IMG/VR virus record: IMGVR_UViG_3300032118_003131
Location: 1 to 30,574 of that record
Length of the DNA: 30,574 bases
From: a virus
Taxonomy: Duplodnaviria > Caudoviricetes
Strand: one strand, 5' to 3'
Shown here one piece after another: positions 1 to 10,775 of the stretch (position 1 is its first letter; every line of letters starts with the position of its first letter). The translations under genes were made by a program, and so were the position numbers. The notes beneath the pieces were generated by a model that saw nothing but the letters and a program-made list of their open reading frames with translations, was not told the origin of the DNA and searched no databases.

Positions 1-1188
1 TATTCAACAATACCAAATCCACAAGATTTTTTAGTTATAGGCCCTGAAAGATTCTTTGAAGTTGATGCTCTTGTAGAAGATAGAGTGTTTGTTGAAGACC
101 CTACAAAAGTTTCTGATCAACCAGGAGTTAAAGTTGGTTTGTATATTACAACTTCTAACAAGCTTATTTCAGAATACACTCCACAAGGTTATTGTAAAAT
201 GACTTTTGGGGGTGGAAATATTTCTGCGGATGAACAATTACGACAATTTGCAATTGACGGTAAAGGTTTTGATTTGAGTAGATATACGAACAACTATTCA
301 TTGGGAGCCGCACTTACAGCAAACAGTACTTTATTTGTACAATATAGAATTGGCGGCGGTTTATCTAGCAATGTTGGTATTAATACAATCAATCAAATTG
401 GTACCGTATCATTTTCGGTAAATGGACCATCTGAAAGTGCTAATAAAAATGTTATCAATAGTTTACAATGTAATAATGTAACGGCAGCAATTGGAGGAGC
501 TAACCCACCGACAACTGAAGATGTTAGAAACATGGTTTCGTTTAATTTTGCGGCACAAAATAGAGCGGTAACCGTAAATGACTACAATTCAATATTAAGA
601 ACAATGCCGGCACAATATGGGGCACCAGCAAAAGTGGCTATTACTGAAGAAAACAATAAGATTAGAATTAAAATGTTGTCTTACGATTCTAGTGGGACTT
701 TAACTAATGTTGTTTCAAATACATTAAAACAAAATGTTGCAAACTATCTATCAAATTATAGAATGATAAATGACTACATCTCAATAGAGGCGGCCGAAAC
801 AATAGATTTAGCGGTTACAGTTGATGTTGTTTTAGATAATAGTCAAAATCAAGGATCAGTTATTGCTAAAACAATACAAATTGTTACTGACTTCTTTAAT
901 CCCCTTGTTAGAAATTTAGGACAAAATGTTAACATATCTGAATTACGAAGATTAATACAATCTGAAAATGGAATTGTTAGTATAAACAATGTTTTATTTT
1001 ACAACCAAGTAGGTGGTCAATATTCGTCAAGTCAAACCTCAATGCCTTACGCTGACACAGTAACAAGACAAATCCAACCTTCCGCAGATACAATATTTGC
1101 AACACCAACACAAATCTATCAAGTAAGATACCCAAATAAAGATATTAATATTAGAGTATTAAACTTAAAATCTGTTAATTTCTCTTAG
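1..1188 (+). CDS. Baseplate wedge subunit, T4 gp6 / baseplate J-like (5' partial)
   Basis: Frame is open from base 1 (YSTIPNPQDF...), so the gene starts upstream of the window rather than at the GTG at 85. Motifs YRIGGGLSSNVG, AAIGGANP and FAAQNRAVTVNDY match the gp6/baseplate-J pattern. Confidence 0.85.
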   Translation, partial: YSTIPNPQDFLVIGPERFFEVDALVEDRVFVEDPTKVSDQPGVKVGLYITTSNKLISEYTPQGYCKMTFGGGNISADEQLRQFAIDGKGFDLSRYTNNYSLGAALTANSTLFVQYRIGGGLSSNVGINTINQIGTVSFSVNGPSESANKNVINSLQCNNVTAAIGGANPPTTEDVRNMVSFNFAAQNRAVTVNDYNSILRTMPAQYGAPAKVAITEENNKIRIKMLSYDSSGTLTNVVSNTLKQNVANYLSNYRMINDYISIEAAETIDLAVTVDVVLDNSQNQGSVIAKTIQIVTDFFNPLVRNLGQNVNISELRRLIQSENGIVSINNVLFYNQVGGQYSSSQTSMPYADTVTRQIQPSADTIFATPTQIYQVRYPNKDINIRVLNLKSVNFS

Positions 1189-1240
1189 TGGTTTATTTTT
1201 TTCAGAACAGGTGTATTTTTTATGAAAATAGGAAATAAAC

Positions 1241-1247
1241 TATTTAT
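1241..1247 (+). promoter_or_regulatory. TATTTAT motif, putative late promoter element
   Basis: Same heptamer recurs shortly upstream of several structural gene starts; here 17 nt before the ATG at 1265. Confidence 0.45.
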
Positions 1248-1264
1248 GAAAAAACAAATTTTTA

Positions 1265-4200
1265 ATGTCTAAATCATATAGAATAAGAACCGAAGTCGGT
1301 GTTGATAAATATATAAATGTCAATTTAGAACAAGATTGGGAATCTTTGGAGATACTTTCCTTAAAGATCCTTGCGAACAATGTATACAGTAGATTTTGTT
1401 CAACATATGGAGTTGTAACGGGAAGAGTGTTTGTTAATGGTGGGTATGGTTTGCCAAATGCAAAGGTATCCGTTTTTATTCCACTTGACGATACTGACGA
1501 ATTAGACCCAGTTATTTCTGAATTATATCCTTTTAAAACAATTGGAGATACAAATGAAGATGGTTATAGATATAACCTACTTCCAAAATTACCATCATAC
1601 AAAGGACATGCCTCAACAGGAACATTCCCAAATAAAGGTGATGTTCTTATGGACGAATCATATATTGAAGTATATGACAAATATTATAGATTTACCGTAA
1701 CAACAAATGAGAGTGGTGACTTTATGATTTTTGGTGTTCCTGTTGGAGAACAAACCATAGTTATGGATGTGGATCTTTCAGATATAGGGTGTTTCTCAAT
1801 GTCTCCGCAAGATTTAATCCAACAAGGATTAGCGACAGAAAGTCAAGTTAATGGGGCAAGATTTAAGTCCTCAACAAATTTAAGAGAATTACCACAAATT
1901 AAAAATCTGATATATAACATTGATGTTAGACCATTTTGGGGGGCTGAAGATTTTTGTCAAGTTGGAATAACAAGGGCAGACTTTGACCTTACTAAATTGG
2001 CAAATATTACAATCCAACCAAGCTCAGTGTTCATGGGTTCAATCATTTCTAACACAAATGACGACTCCCTTAAAATAAGTTGTAAACCAAAAAACAACAC
2101 AGGAAATTTATGTGAGTTGGTTGCGGGGCCTGGTGAAATACAAGGCATTAGACAAACAATATATTCCGATTCTATGGGTCTACCAATATTGGAAAGATGG
2201 GATATAGAACAAGCGGGTAAAGTAATTGATGGGGATGGTACCTTTTTAGTAAATGTACCAATGAACTTGGATTATATATATACAAATGAATTTGGAGAAG
2301 AAATCATTTCAAATGACCCTAAAAAAGGAATACCAACAAAAGGTAAATACAGATTTAAATTTAAATGGCAAACACAACAAGGGTTACAAGGAACTTCTTT
2401 AAGAGCCGATTTTTTGGTTCCAAATGTTAAAGAACATGGATGGTCAGATTACGAACAAGACCCTTTTCTGATATATAGTGAGTCAATATATAATTACCCA
2501 ACAATTCCTGCTGGAGTTAATTCAGGGGCCACAATCACAGCTTCAAGTTCTTTTGGGTTAATAAATCCCGTTTTTTATAACCTTGAAAGTTATACGATAT
2601 TCATTAATGGAATTAATTACTTTGGGTCAACAGAATCAATTCAGATCACTAACGGTGATACATTCCAAATTGTTGCAACTCCAATTGACCCAACACAAGC
2701 AATTAACATTAGTTTTACAAGTGTCCCTCAATCTTTATTTGATGTTTATAAATCATACGCTTTTTCAACAGATTGGGATGATTATGCAGATAGTCAAGAT
2801 GCCATAGATTGTGAAGATAGTTTCTATGAATTCTATTATAACAAAGTTTATACTACCGCAATGTTTTTGGATAGATATAAAAATGGGATTGGTAGGGCTA
2901 AACACTTGGGAATAAAAGAAATTGACGATAGATCTTGTAGGTCAAATGTTAATACTTTCCCAGTAAACGATATTATAAGAAACTTTGACGCAATATTTTT
3001 TATTTTTAACATTCTTATAAATATTTTAACATTCCCAATTCTAACTCTGTTATTTGTTGCTCACGCGTTTGCATTTATGTGGCCAATATTAAAATATGTT
3101 TTAATCGCAGTTGGCATAATGTTAACTATAGGGGCTGCTCGGTCATCCGCGTATCTATTTCAATTAGGAATAATGGCAATTAACTCGGCGCTCATGTACA
3201 TCAGTGTTGGTACTGTATTGGAAACAGCTCGACTAATATTGCAAGGTATTTCTTTCATTGCAATTGCGGCGTTTGATATAGTATATGCTTTGGCGTATAC
3301 GGCATTTGCCATATACGCAGCGATAAGAATAAAAGGTTTTCCAAGGATAGGATTACCCATGATTTCATATCCTGATTGTACAAGTTGTGACTGTGATTGT
3401 AAAGACGCACCCTTAGATGATGATTTTGACACAAACTCCATAACCAATCAATTAAATCAAGCCGCGGCAGCATATCAATCAGAACAAGAAAATGGGTCTG
3501 ATTTAATTTTATCAACACCAAATTCTTTAATTGCCCCTGTAAACTACTCTGGGTCATTTAACTTAGATCACCCAAATTTACAAGAAATAAATAATGAGAA
3601 GCCATTTTGGCCATGTGATACTCTTACTGATTTATTAACTTCAAACTCACCTACTATAACATTTGATATAATAATAAGGGCATCATTAGATTTTACAAGA
3701 ATGGCCTCAGGTTACGATGTATTAAGTTCTACTGATCCTAATAGATATATACCAAATGAGGCGTATCTTTTAAAGGCTCCGCAACCATTCTTATTTTTTG
3801 CTAATAGGAATGGGATAATACCACCATTATTAGTAAATCAACCCGATGAAAGATATTTTGCCTACCCGACATCTGTAACTCTTTCGCAAAGATTAAACGA
3901 GTTCAATACTCGAGATAAATATTTTTATTCAAGCACCGCAAACTTTACAAACAGTGGTGTAAATAAAATAAAAACAACCGTAAACCCAACTTCAGGATCA
4001 ACACCATATTTTGACCAAGTTATGGTTGTCCTTATGAATCAAGGATCTGCGCAACAATTAGGTATTGGGGAATTAGTTACATTCCAAGACCCAAATTATG
4101 TAAACCCAAATTATACAATACCTGGAAATAGATTAACCAATCTTACAGGAGCAACAATAAATCAATTCCAAACCAACTCAATTACAGGGACAACATTAAC

Positions 4201-6946
4201 AGGTAATACAATTCCTAAGATTATATATTATGCAAACCCATCAGGACCAAACGCAGGACAATTATCGGCTAACATAATAATTGAGTCACCTCAGGTTAGT
4301 CAATTACCGGTAACAGGTGACACAACTGTGGAACAGTCATATCTACAATATCCAACAGATATGGAGTATTTTCAGTTAATAACAGGAATGACCTTCACTG
4401 AATTTATTACCTTATCCAACACTGGAAGTACAGGATTTTTCCCGGCAAGTTATTTATTACATGATATGACATGTAATGTTGGGGCATGTAATGTGTATAA
4501 TCTTACTTTTCCTAACATTATACAAAAAATGAATAATTATAAAAATTATGAGATTTGTATTTTTGTTAGAGGAGTCGATCCGCATACCGTAAAACAACCA
4601 GAAATAAAATATGACTTATCAAATATATTTGGTAAATCTATAGGAACGGGACCAATTGTAAGCGGAAGTTATTATTTAAATTATCCTATACAGTCAACAG
4701 GAATAAAACCTATACAACATGATACTGTTGATAACTCAACCCCAAATTTATACTTTCCTTCTTTTACTTTTACTCCTAATGTATCAAGTTGGACAGCATT
4801 TACATCTAATTACCCATATTATTATTTAAATACAGATGATAACTCAGGAGCCGCAGATGCGAGTAACTACTCACCTTATCCTACTGTATGGGCAACAAAT
4901 CAAAACAGTACAATTTCGGGTTCGTTAACACAGACATTAACCAATACTTATAACTTACCTTTAAGTACTTCTTATTATATGGTTGGTGGAACTTACATGA
5001 GATGGGTAAACAATGTTAACAATCCACCAATGCTGATGTGGACAGGATGGCCCTTGAGTTCGCCTTCATGTAATCAAAATTGTCAAATAGCTGAATACTT
5101 TAACACTGGATCAACATTTTATCAGGGTTTAAACGAACTACAAGGTGGTAATCTAACGGCACTTTATTCACCTGCATATTATAGATACACATTACCAGGA
5201 GTAAACTTCTCAAACCCAAACAGAATTGTAATGAGAAGTGATAGATTACCAACATCTTCCCAAGTCCAAAACGGACCTGCAGGAACTCAAACGGGTTATG
5301 CTCTTCACCAAAATGATAACTTTGCGTTCTACCTTGCAAATGGAGCACAAAGTTCTCCAGTTACTACCGCAGGATTTGATTTACCATCAGGTGAGTATCA
5401 AGATCTTGATCCTATAACCTCGGAATTTACAGAAACATTAACTTGTGAGGGTATGGTACCTTTGAAGTGTTATTCAGGGAGCGGAACCAATGTGGGGATT
5501 ATTCCTTATGGTGAATGCTCAACTTGTTGTGAAATAGAGGCAAATAGAATGGTTGGTGGGTGTTATTGTTTATTAAATTATAAAAAAACAAATATTCCTT
5601 TTTTCACTAAACTTTATTTGTTTCCTGAATATTTTAGAGATGTAAGATTATTCTTAGAATGGAAAGTTAGATTCACTATGAATTTTGCGGCATGTCGAGG
5701 AATATTTGGTCAAGTATTTCAAAACAATTGGATTAATGGATCTTTGTATATGTTTAATTTTAACAAGAGAACAACATTTAATGCTCTTGCAGAACCACTT
5801 TATGGCTATTGTGAAAATGTTATAATGTTTAATAAAATTAGTAATACATTTTATTACAGATCATCTCCTTGGGACGGTAATAATTTTATTGGTAAAAAAA
5901 GTCCTACTCAAAGTCCATTTGGTACTAATTTTGCAGGTGGGGGGTATGGATATAACAAAAGACAAATCCAATTTCCAACAACTATAACCGATTTAGGGCC
6001 AAGAGACTCGTTTATTAGTGAGGTATGTTGTTCTTCGGAGGATGGTGGATTTGGAGCATATTACGCAAATCAAATTAAAACAACATCATATCAAGATAAC
6101 TCCGACATCATTCAATTAGGATTCTTATCAAGAATATTAAATGAAGGTGTTAGACAAAGAATTATACCAATCTCAACTGGTGATAATAACAGTGAGGGCA
6201 AAGGAATAATACAATTCTTTAATAGTGATAGAGGCGGTTATAGAATTGATGGTGATTGGGCTCAAATGTTGTCTATAAATTCAGAGTGGAAAGTTTCTCC
6301 TTTTATAACGGAGAATGTACCGAGTAGTTATATATACTTTGGAGATAATCAAAACGGAAGTATCGGGTCTATATCAAGTGATTTAATTAAACCAATATTA
6401 GGTTTATTTTTCTCTTCATCGACCGAAGAATTAAGATATAGAAAAATTATGTCTCCAGGGATTGAAACATATAATTTTAATCCTTTAATTGAACAGAAGT
6501 TTGGATATCCCAAATCTCAGTATGTACCACATTATAAATGGTTACTTAAAAAACCAAAGACATATGTTGGAACACCTAATATTTTTGGATCTGAAGATAA
6601 TAACTGGTATACTGATGTTTATTCAGGTTCTACTGGATACGGGTTCTTTAATAAACGATATCAAGACTTAGATTTTACAACCCCTAAGGAAAAATATCAA
6701 ACAACATTAACACAACTTGGATTCATTTCAAGTTTTAATTTAACAGGGGGGACAATGCCAATTACTCCTTTATCTGCAATTTTGCAAGGTGATCCAAGTC
6801 CGTATTTGGGACAAAATCCAATTGAAGAAAGTACAGTTAAAGATGGTATAGTTGTTGGGGCACCTTACTACTTTTACTTTGGTTTAAATAATGGAAAAAC
6901 AGCGGTAGATAGGTTCTATAAACTTTATGTTGCAACAGAAGAATAG
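1265..6946 (+). CDS. Large virion/baseplate-associated protein with N-terminal carboxypeptidase-regulatory-like beta domain and internal hydrophobic block
   Basis: 1893-aa ORF directly after the gp6-like gene. VVTGRVFVNGGYGLPNAKVSVF...TTNESGDFMIFGVPVG resembles a CarboxypepD_reg/prealbumin-like fold; ~115-aa hydrophobic stretch at 2984-3337; several Cys clusters. Confidence 0.6.
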   Translation: MSKSYRIRTEVGVDKYINVNLEQDWESLEILSLKILANNVYSRFCSTYGVVTGRVFVNGGYGLPNAKVSVFIPLDDTDELDPVISELYPFKTIGDTNEDGYRYNLLPKLPSYKGHASTGTFPNKGDVLMDESYIEVYDKYYRFTVTTNESGDFMIFGVPVGEQTIVMDVDLSDIGCFSMSPQDLIQQGLATESQVNGARFKSSTNLRELPQIKNLIYNIDVRPFWGAEDFCQVGITRADFDLTKLANITIQPSSVFMGSIISNTNDDSLKISCKPKNNTGNLCELVAGPGEIQGIRQTIYSDSMGLPILERWDIEQAGKVIDGDGTFLVNVPMNLDYIYTNEFGEEIISNDPKKGIPTKGKYRFKFKWQTQQGLQGTSLRADFLVPNVKEHGWSDYEQDPFLIYSESIYNYPTIPAGVNSGATITASSSFGLINPVFYNLESYTIFINGINYFGSTESIQITNGDTFQIVATPIDPTQAINISFTSVPQSLFDVYKSYAFSTDWDDYADSQDAIDCEDSFYEFYYNKVYTTAMFLDRYKNGIGRAKHLGIKEIDDRSCRSNVNTFPVNDIIRNFDAIFFIFNILINILTFPILTLLFVAHAFAFMWPILKYVLIAVGIMLTIGAARSSAYLFQLGIMAINSALMYISVGTVLETARLILQGISFIAIAAFDIVYALAYTAFAIYAAIRIKGFPRIGLPMISYPDCTSCDCDCKDAPLDDDFDTNSITNQLNQAAAAYQSEQENGSDLILSTPNSLIAPVNYSGSFNLDHPNLQEINNEKPFWPCDTLTDLLTSNSPTITFDIIIRASLDFTRMASGYDVLSSTDPNRYIPNEAYLLKAPQPFLFFANRNGIIPPLLVNQPDERYFAYPTSVTLSQRLNEFNTRDKYFYSSTANFTNSGVNKIKTTVNPTSGSTPYFDQVMVVLMNQGSAQQLGIGELVTFQDPNYVNPNYTIPGNRLTNLTGATINQFQTNSITGTTLTGNTIPKIIYYANPSGPNAGQLSANIIIESPQVSQLPVTGDTTVEQSYLQYPTDMEYFQLITGMTFTEFITLSNTGSTGFFPASYLLHDMTCNVGACNVYNLTFPNIIQKMNNYKNYEICIFVRGVDPHTVKQPEIKYDLSNIFGKSIGTGPIVSGSYYLNYPIQSTGIKPIQHDTVDNSTPNLYFPSFTFTPNVSSWTAFTSNYPYYYLNTDDNSGAADASNYSPYPTVWATNQNSTISGSLTQTLTNTYNLPLSTSYYMVGGTYMRWVNNVNNPPMLMWTGWPLSSPSCNQNCQIAEYFNTGSTFYQGLNELQGGNLTALYSPAYYRYTLPGVNFSNPNRIVMRSDRLPTSSQVQNGPAGTQTGYALHQNDNFAFYLANGAQSSPVTTAGFDLPSGEYQDLDPITSEFTETLTCEGMVPLKCYSGSGTNVGIIPYGECSTCCEIEANRMVGGCYCLLNYKKTNIPFFTKLYLFPEYFRDVRLFLEWKVRFTMNFAACRGIFGQVFQNNWINGSLYMFNFNKRTTFNALAEPLYGYCENVIMFNKISNTFYYRSSPWDGNNFIGKKSPTQSPFGTNFAGGGYGYNKRQIQFPTTITDLGPRDSFISEVCCSSEDGGFGAYYANQIKTTSYQDNSDIIQLGFLSRILNEGVRQRIIPISTGDNNSEGKGIIQFFNSDRGGYRIDGDWAQMLSINSEWKVSPFITENVPSSYIYFGDNQNGSIGSISSDLIKPILGLFFSSSTEELRYRKIMSPGIETYNFNPLIEQKFGYPKSQYVPHYKWLLKKPKTYVGTPNIFGSEDNNWYTDVYSGSTGYGFFNKRYQDLDFTTPKEKYQTTLTQLGFISSFNLTGGTMPITPLSAILQGDPSPYLGQNPIEESTVKDGIVVGAPYYFYFGLNNGKTAVDRFYKLYVATEE

Positions 6947-6948
6947 TT

Positions 6949-8781
6949 ATGGTAGATCCAACAACAAGAATAATTCAGTCGGATCAAAGGTATAAATCAG
7001 CACCTTTAAGTGATCAATTTCTAAACATACCTTTCACTCAAAATATGAAAGAATTGATAGAATTTGACAGAACTGTGGATATTAGTTTGATTACCGTATT
7101 TGATGAAGAAAGACAAGCCTCACCAACTTTTAGACCAATTACAAAATTTACGTTGTTATTTGAAAATGCTTATACTGGATCCACAACATATGTACCATTT
7201 AGAGACAATTTGTATTACACAAATGCGATACAAAATGCGGTTTCATATTACCCATCAGGTAATGTACCATCAGTTCCACCACAACCAATAAATTCTACAG
7301 TTCCTTGGGACGGATTCCCACAATACCCTGAGTTTGATTTTATCAGAACCGATTCTCGTGTTTCGGGTTACACATTTGGAAATGGAAAACATTTAGAGTT
7401 TAAACCCGTAAGTGCAACAACATATAATTGGTCACATTATGTTAGTTACCCTTATTTGAATGTCTATCAGAAAAAAATGTATGCAATAGAACCTAACACC
7501 CAAATTTCTTGGAGTTGGTCCGCCTCAGACGGCATACCATTTGTTATAACCGAAGGGTCAGATAAAACCATAGGTTTTATAAGATTTAAATGTCCTGTAC
7601 CACATGGTTTATCAACAGGTCAATTTGTATTACTTTCTTCAAACTATAATGGGAATTCATTTTTCCAAGTCTCAAGATTAGGAAACGGAGGATCAGGATC
7701 TGAGGAATATATTTTTAACATACAAAATGTTGGATATACAGGAACAACATTTATTACATTAAATCAAGGTACATTTAAAAGAGTTTTAGATGCAACAAAC
7801 TCCGCAGACACAATTAGCCAATATTATGTTAGAAAACATAAAATACTTACAGATGCTGAATGTGCGGTTTTAGTTAATGCAGGGTACGAAAAAAACATTT
7901 ATAATGACAAAACAAAATGTGAAATTAAATCTTTAACCCCAAATCAAAGAAAAAGAACTTCAGTTAAAGAAGGATCAAGATCGTACACACTTTCGTTTAA
8001 TTGTGATGTAAAAATTGATAATTTAAGGGATAACCAAAACAGACCACTAACACAATTATTCTTCACCACAATTTGGAGAGGATATTTTGGTTGGACACAA
8101 AAATTAAAACAAGGTTGGGATTTTAACACATTTTTAAAAGATGGTAAACCACAAATATGGTGGGATCAAAATAATGCGGACTCAAACGCTTCGGTTTCTC
8201 AATCACAATATTTTACATTTAACAACCCAACGCCTTTTTTCTATAACAATTTTTACACAACAGGTGACACTTTGGATGGTGATTATTGTGAATGGAATAA
8301 TTATGAACAACTAGAAAGAGTTATTTCTACTTATCAACATAAAATAACATATAACAATGATTGGTTTAAGTTACCAAGTGACAACTTAACAACAACAAAC
8401 CAATATGGATATTTTTATCAACCACATAACCCAATTCAGTTAAGAGTATTTTCAGACTATGTTGAAGAATCTAATTCAGAAAATATTGTTGGGATACCTG
8501 ATTATGCCTACTACTCAACATTAATATCTTCCTTTAGATGGAGAGATTTGTATTCCTATGGTTTTGTTAGTTCTGATGGTGTTGGTGTTGATTATCCATT
8601 TTTAAATAATGCTCATTATCCGTTTGTTAGTACAATTTTTAGAATAACTCCTGAAAATTATAATATACCAAGTGACTATGCAACACCTATAAATCCATCT
8701 CAGATAGATACTTATCAAGGAGGTAAAGTACCATTTGACATAAACACAATAGCAGAACCTTTAATAGATGGATGCGACTAG
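6949..8781 (+). CDS. Hypothetical structural protein (baseplate module)
   Basis: 610-aa ORF starting 2 nt after the previous stop; aromatic/Thr-rich, beta-type composition; function inferred from context only. Confidence 0.55.
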   Translation: MVDPTTRIIQSDQRYKSAPLSDQFLNIPFTQNMKELIEFDRTVDISLITVFDEERQASPTFRPITKFTLLFENAYTGSTTYVPFRDNLYYTNAIQNAVSYYPSGNVPSVPPQPINSTVPWDGFPQYPEFDFIRTDSRVSGYTFGNGKHLEFKPVSATTYNWSHYVSYPYLNVYQKKMYAIEPNTQISWSWSASDGIPFVITEGSDKTIGFIRFKCPVPHGLSTGQFVLLSSNYNGNSFFQVSRLGNGGSGSEEYIFNIQNVGYTGTTFITLNQGTFKRVLDATNSADTISQYYVRKHKILTDAECAVLVNAGYEKNIYNDKTKCEIKSLTPNQRKRTSVKEGSRSYTLSFNCDVKIDNLRDNQNRPLTQLFFTTIWRGYFGWTQKLKQGWDFNTFLKDGKPQIWWDQNNADSNASVSQSQYFTFNNPTPFFYNNFYTTGDTLDGDYCEWNNYEQLERVISTYQHKITYNNDWFKLPSDNLTTTNQYGYFYQPHNPIQLRVFSDYVEESNSENIVGIPDYAYYSTLISSFRWRDLYSYGFVSSDGVGVDYPFLNNAHYPFVSTIFRITPENYNIPSDYATPINPSQIDTYQGGKVPFDINTIAEPLIDGCD

Positions 8782-9574
8782 AATAAAAATTGTAAAAGAC
8801 GATATTAATAAATTTATTAATGTTCCTGTTAATATGCAATGGGATTTCATGGGAAGAGATGATAGTATTACGGACTATGAGGTAGATGCCGTTAATCAAG
8901 TAATTGGTGGTCCACAAGATTTTGAAATAATAAGATTTGCTCACAACATATTTTTAAAGGACAACACAGAAATAAAACATGTGTTTAATTTCTATGATTA
9001 TTCACAACCAATAACCGCAACAACTGTAGGTAATTGGTCCCCCAATTATTTGAACAATGGTTTTTCAGTACAGGATGTTTATTACTACTCAAAGTCATTT
9101 ACAAAGTCTTTTTTTAAATTGGATTTTTATGATAGTCCCAATGATACGGTACAAAATTTATATTTGTCGATTATTCTTCCTACACAACAAGGTTTAACAC
9201 AAACGGCAACTTTATCACCAACATTACCACCTGTTGAAATAAAAAAACCAGAAATGATTTTAGATTACATTGGTTCAGATAAAGAAGGATTCTTTATTTA
9301 TTGGTTAAGAAGTCGTGATTTTATTGATGTTAATACTTTTTATATGTCCGCAAAGTTTTTTGATGCAATAACAGGAGTTTTCAAACAAATGACTAATGTA
9401 AAACAAACATTATTACTTCCTGGTAAGTTTACATTTAACAATTCAGACTATAAGTACTATAAAGTAGACTTAGATTATAGTAATCAAACATACGAAGTGT
9501 TTTCTACCTCAACTGGTCTTAGACTTGGAGATAATAATTCACCGATAACTTGGTATGAATATGTTAACCCATAA
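8768..9574 (+). CDS. Hypothetical structural protein
   Basis: 268-aa ORF overlapping the upstream gene by 14 nt and coupled to the next by TAATG. Confidence 0.55.
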   Translation: MDATRIKIVKDDINKFINVPVNMQWDFMGRDDSITDYEVDAVNQVIGGPQDFEIIRFAHNIFLKDNTEIKHVFNFYDYSQPITATTVGNWSPNYLNNGFSVQDVYYYSKSFTKSFFKLDFYDSPNDTVQNLYLSIILPTQQGLTQTATLSPTLPPVEIKKPEMILDYIGSDKEGFFIYWLRSRDFIDVNTFYMSAKFFDAITGVFKQMTNVKQTLLLPGKFTFNNSDYKYYKVDLDYSNQTYEVFSTSTGLRLGDNNSPITWYEYVNP

Positions 9575-10749
9575 TGGAATTACAACAGTATAATTTTATT
9601 GTTTCACCTGAAAATGTTAAAAGTGATTTAGTATTTGTTCCATATACGGGAGAAACTGATATTACAACAATAATAGATCCTTGTTGTTTAACGGCAACTA
9701 CCGCTACCACAGTAACCACAGGAACGACAGGAGTCTATTTACCAATGTCTTATCTATTAAGTGGTAACACAGGGGGTACTTCATTTTTAACGGGTTTATC
9801 GGTCAATATTATGATCACAGAATCTACAGTAGATTTAGGATATTACAGTCCTACCGATGGTATGATTTTACAAAAAGATGTTTTAAACAACTTTATTGTT
9901 ACAGGTGACACAATTAACCCATACACATTCAAATTTTATAACACCTCAGATTTAGAACTAATAAAATTTTTACAACTTGTAACATATATTTTAGATTGGG
10001 GTGACGGTACACCACCACAAGTGGTATTAGGAATCACACCAATATCACACACATACCCAAATGCTAGTACGGAGTACATAATAACACTAACTGCTAATTC
10101 ACCATGGGGGATTTCAAAAGTACAAAAACCTTTGGTGGTCCCATTTACAAATGTTACAATAACAAATCCTCAAGGTAACATGGTTTTTTATCCTGCTGGA
10201 GGTAGTTGGTCAGCAACACCAGTAAGCTATGACTATATTTTTACGGGGGACTCAAATACCAACATTGTTGATTACTATTCATACAATTATACAACAGTGC
10301 CTTTTCCTATTACAGGTTTTACTGAATCAACTTTAAATGACTTATCACAATTTGGACCAAAAGTTAATTTAGCTCAAGGAAAATATAAATTGGGATTACA
10401 AGTAACAGGCACAACAGGAGTTATTGGAACTTACTTTGGTCCTGATATTACAAATACATACACCGCATATACCGTAAATGGTGTGATCTACCATGACTAT
10501 GAAGATTTCACAATTTATTTTGCCGATTCATATGGTTTAGTACCTGGTGATTTGGAGTTAAGTGCGATAACAAAAAACGAGGCGCTTATTAATGTAATAG
10601 ACCAACCTGAAATAGTTTCAAATGTTTTTATTGAAAGGGGAAAAAATTCTCCTTTGGAATATATCATGAGATTGGGTGAGGTTGATAGTGTTGGTGATTT
10701 AAAAAAATACGGATACAAGTTTTTTATTATAGAAAAAGTGTCTACATAA
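9574..10749 (+). CDS. Structural protein with PKD-like Ig domain
   Basis: 391 aa; YILDWGDGTP...ISHTYP...YIITLTA matches the PKD signature (WDFGDG...HTY...Y.V.L). Confidence 0.6.
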   Translation: MELQQYNFIVSPENVKSDLVFVPYTGETDITTIIDPCCLTATTATTVTTGTTGVYLPMSYLLSGNTGGTSFLTGLSVNIMITESTVDLGYYSPTDGMILQKDVLNNFIVTGDTINPYTFKFYNTSDLELIKFLQLVTYILDWGDGTPPQVVLGITPISHTYPNASTEYIITLTANSPWGISKVQKPLVVPFTNVTITNPQGNMVFYPAGGSWSATPVSYDYIFTGDSNTNIVDYYSYNYTTVPFPITGFTESTLNDLSQFGPKVNLAQGKYKLGLQVTGTTGVIGTYFGPDITNTYTAYTVNGVIYHDYEDFTIYFADSYGLVPGDLELSAITKNEALINVIDQPEIVSNVFIERGKNSPLEYIMRLGEVDSVGDLKKYGYKFFIIEKVST

Positions 10750-10750
10750 A

Positions 10751-10757
10751 TATTTAT
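10751..10757 (+). promoter_or_regulatory. TATTTAT motif, putative late promoter element
   Basis: Lies in the 26-nt gap, 18 nt before the ATG at 10776. Confidence 0.45.
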
Positions 10758-10775
10758 TAAAAAGTAAAACATACT

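Noticed and set aside
3120-3330. Locally higher GC suggesting foreign DNA
   Set aside because: Explained by Ala/Gly-rich hydrophobic coding; no boundaries or mobility signals seen.
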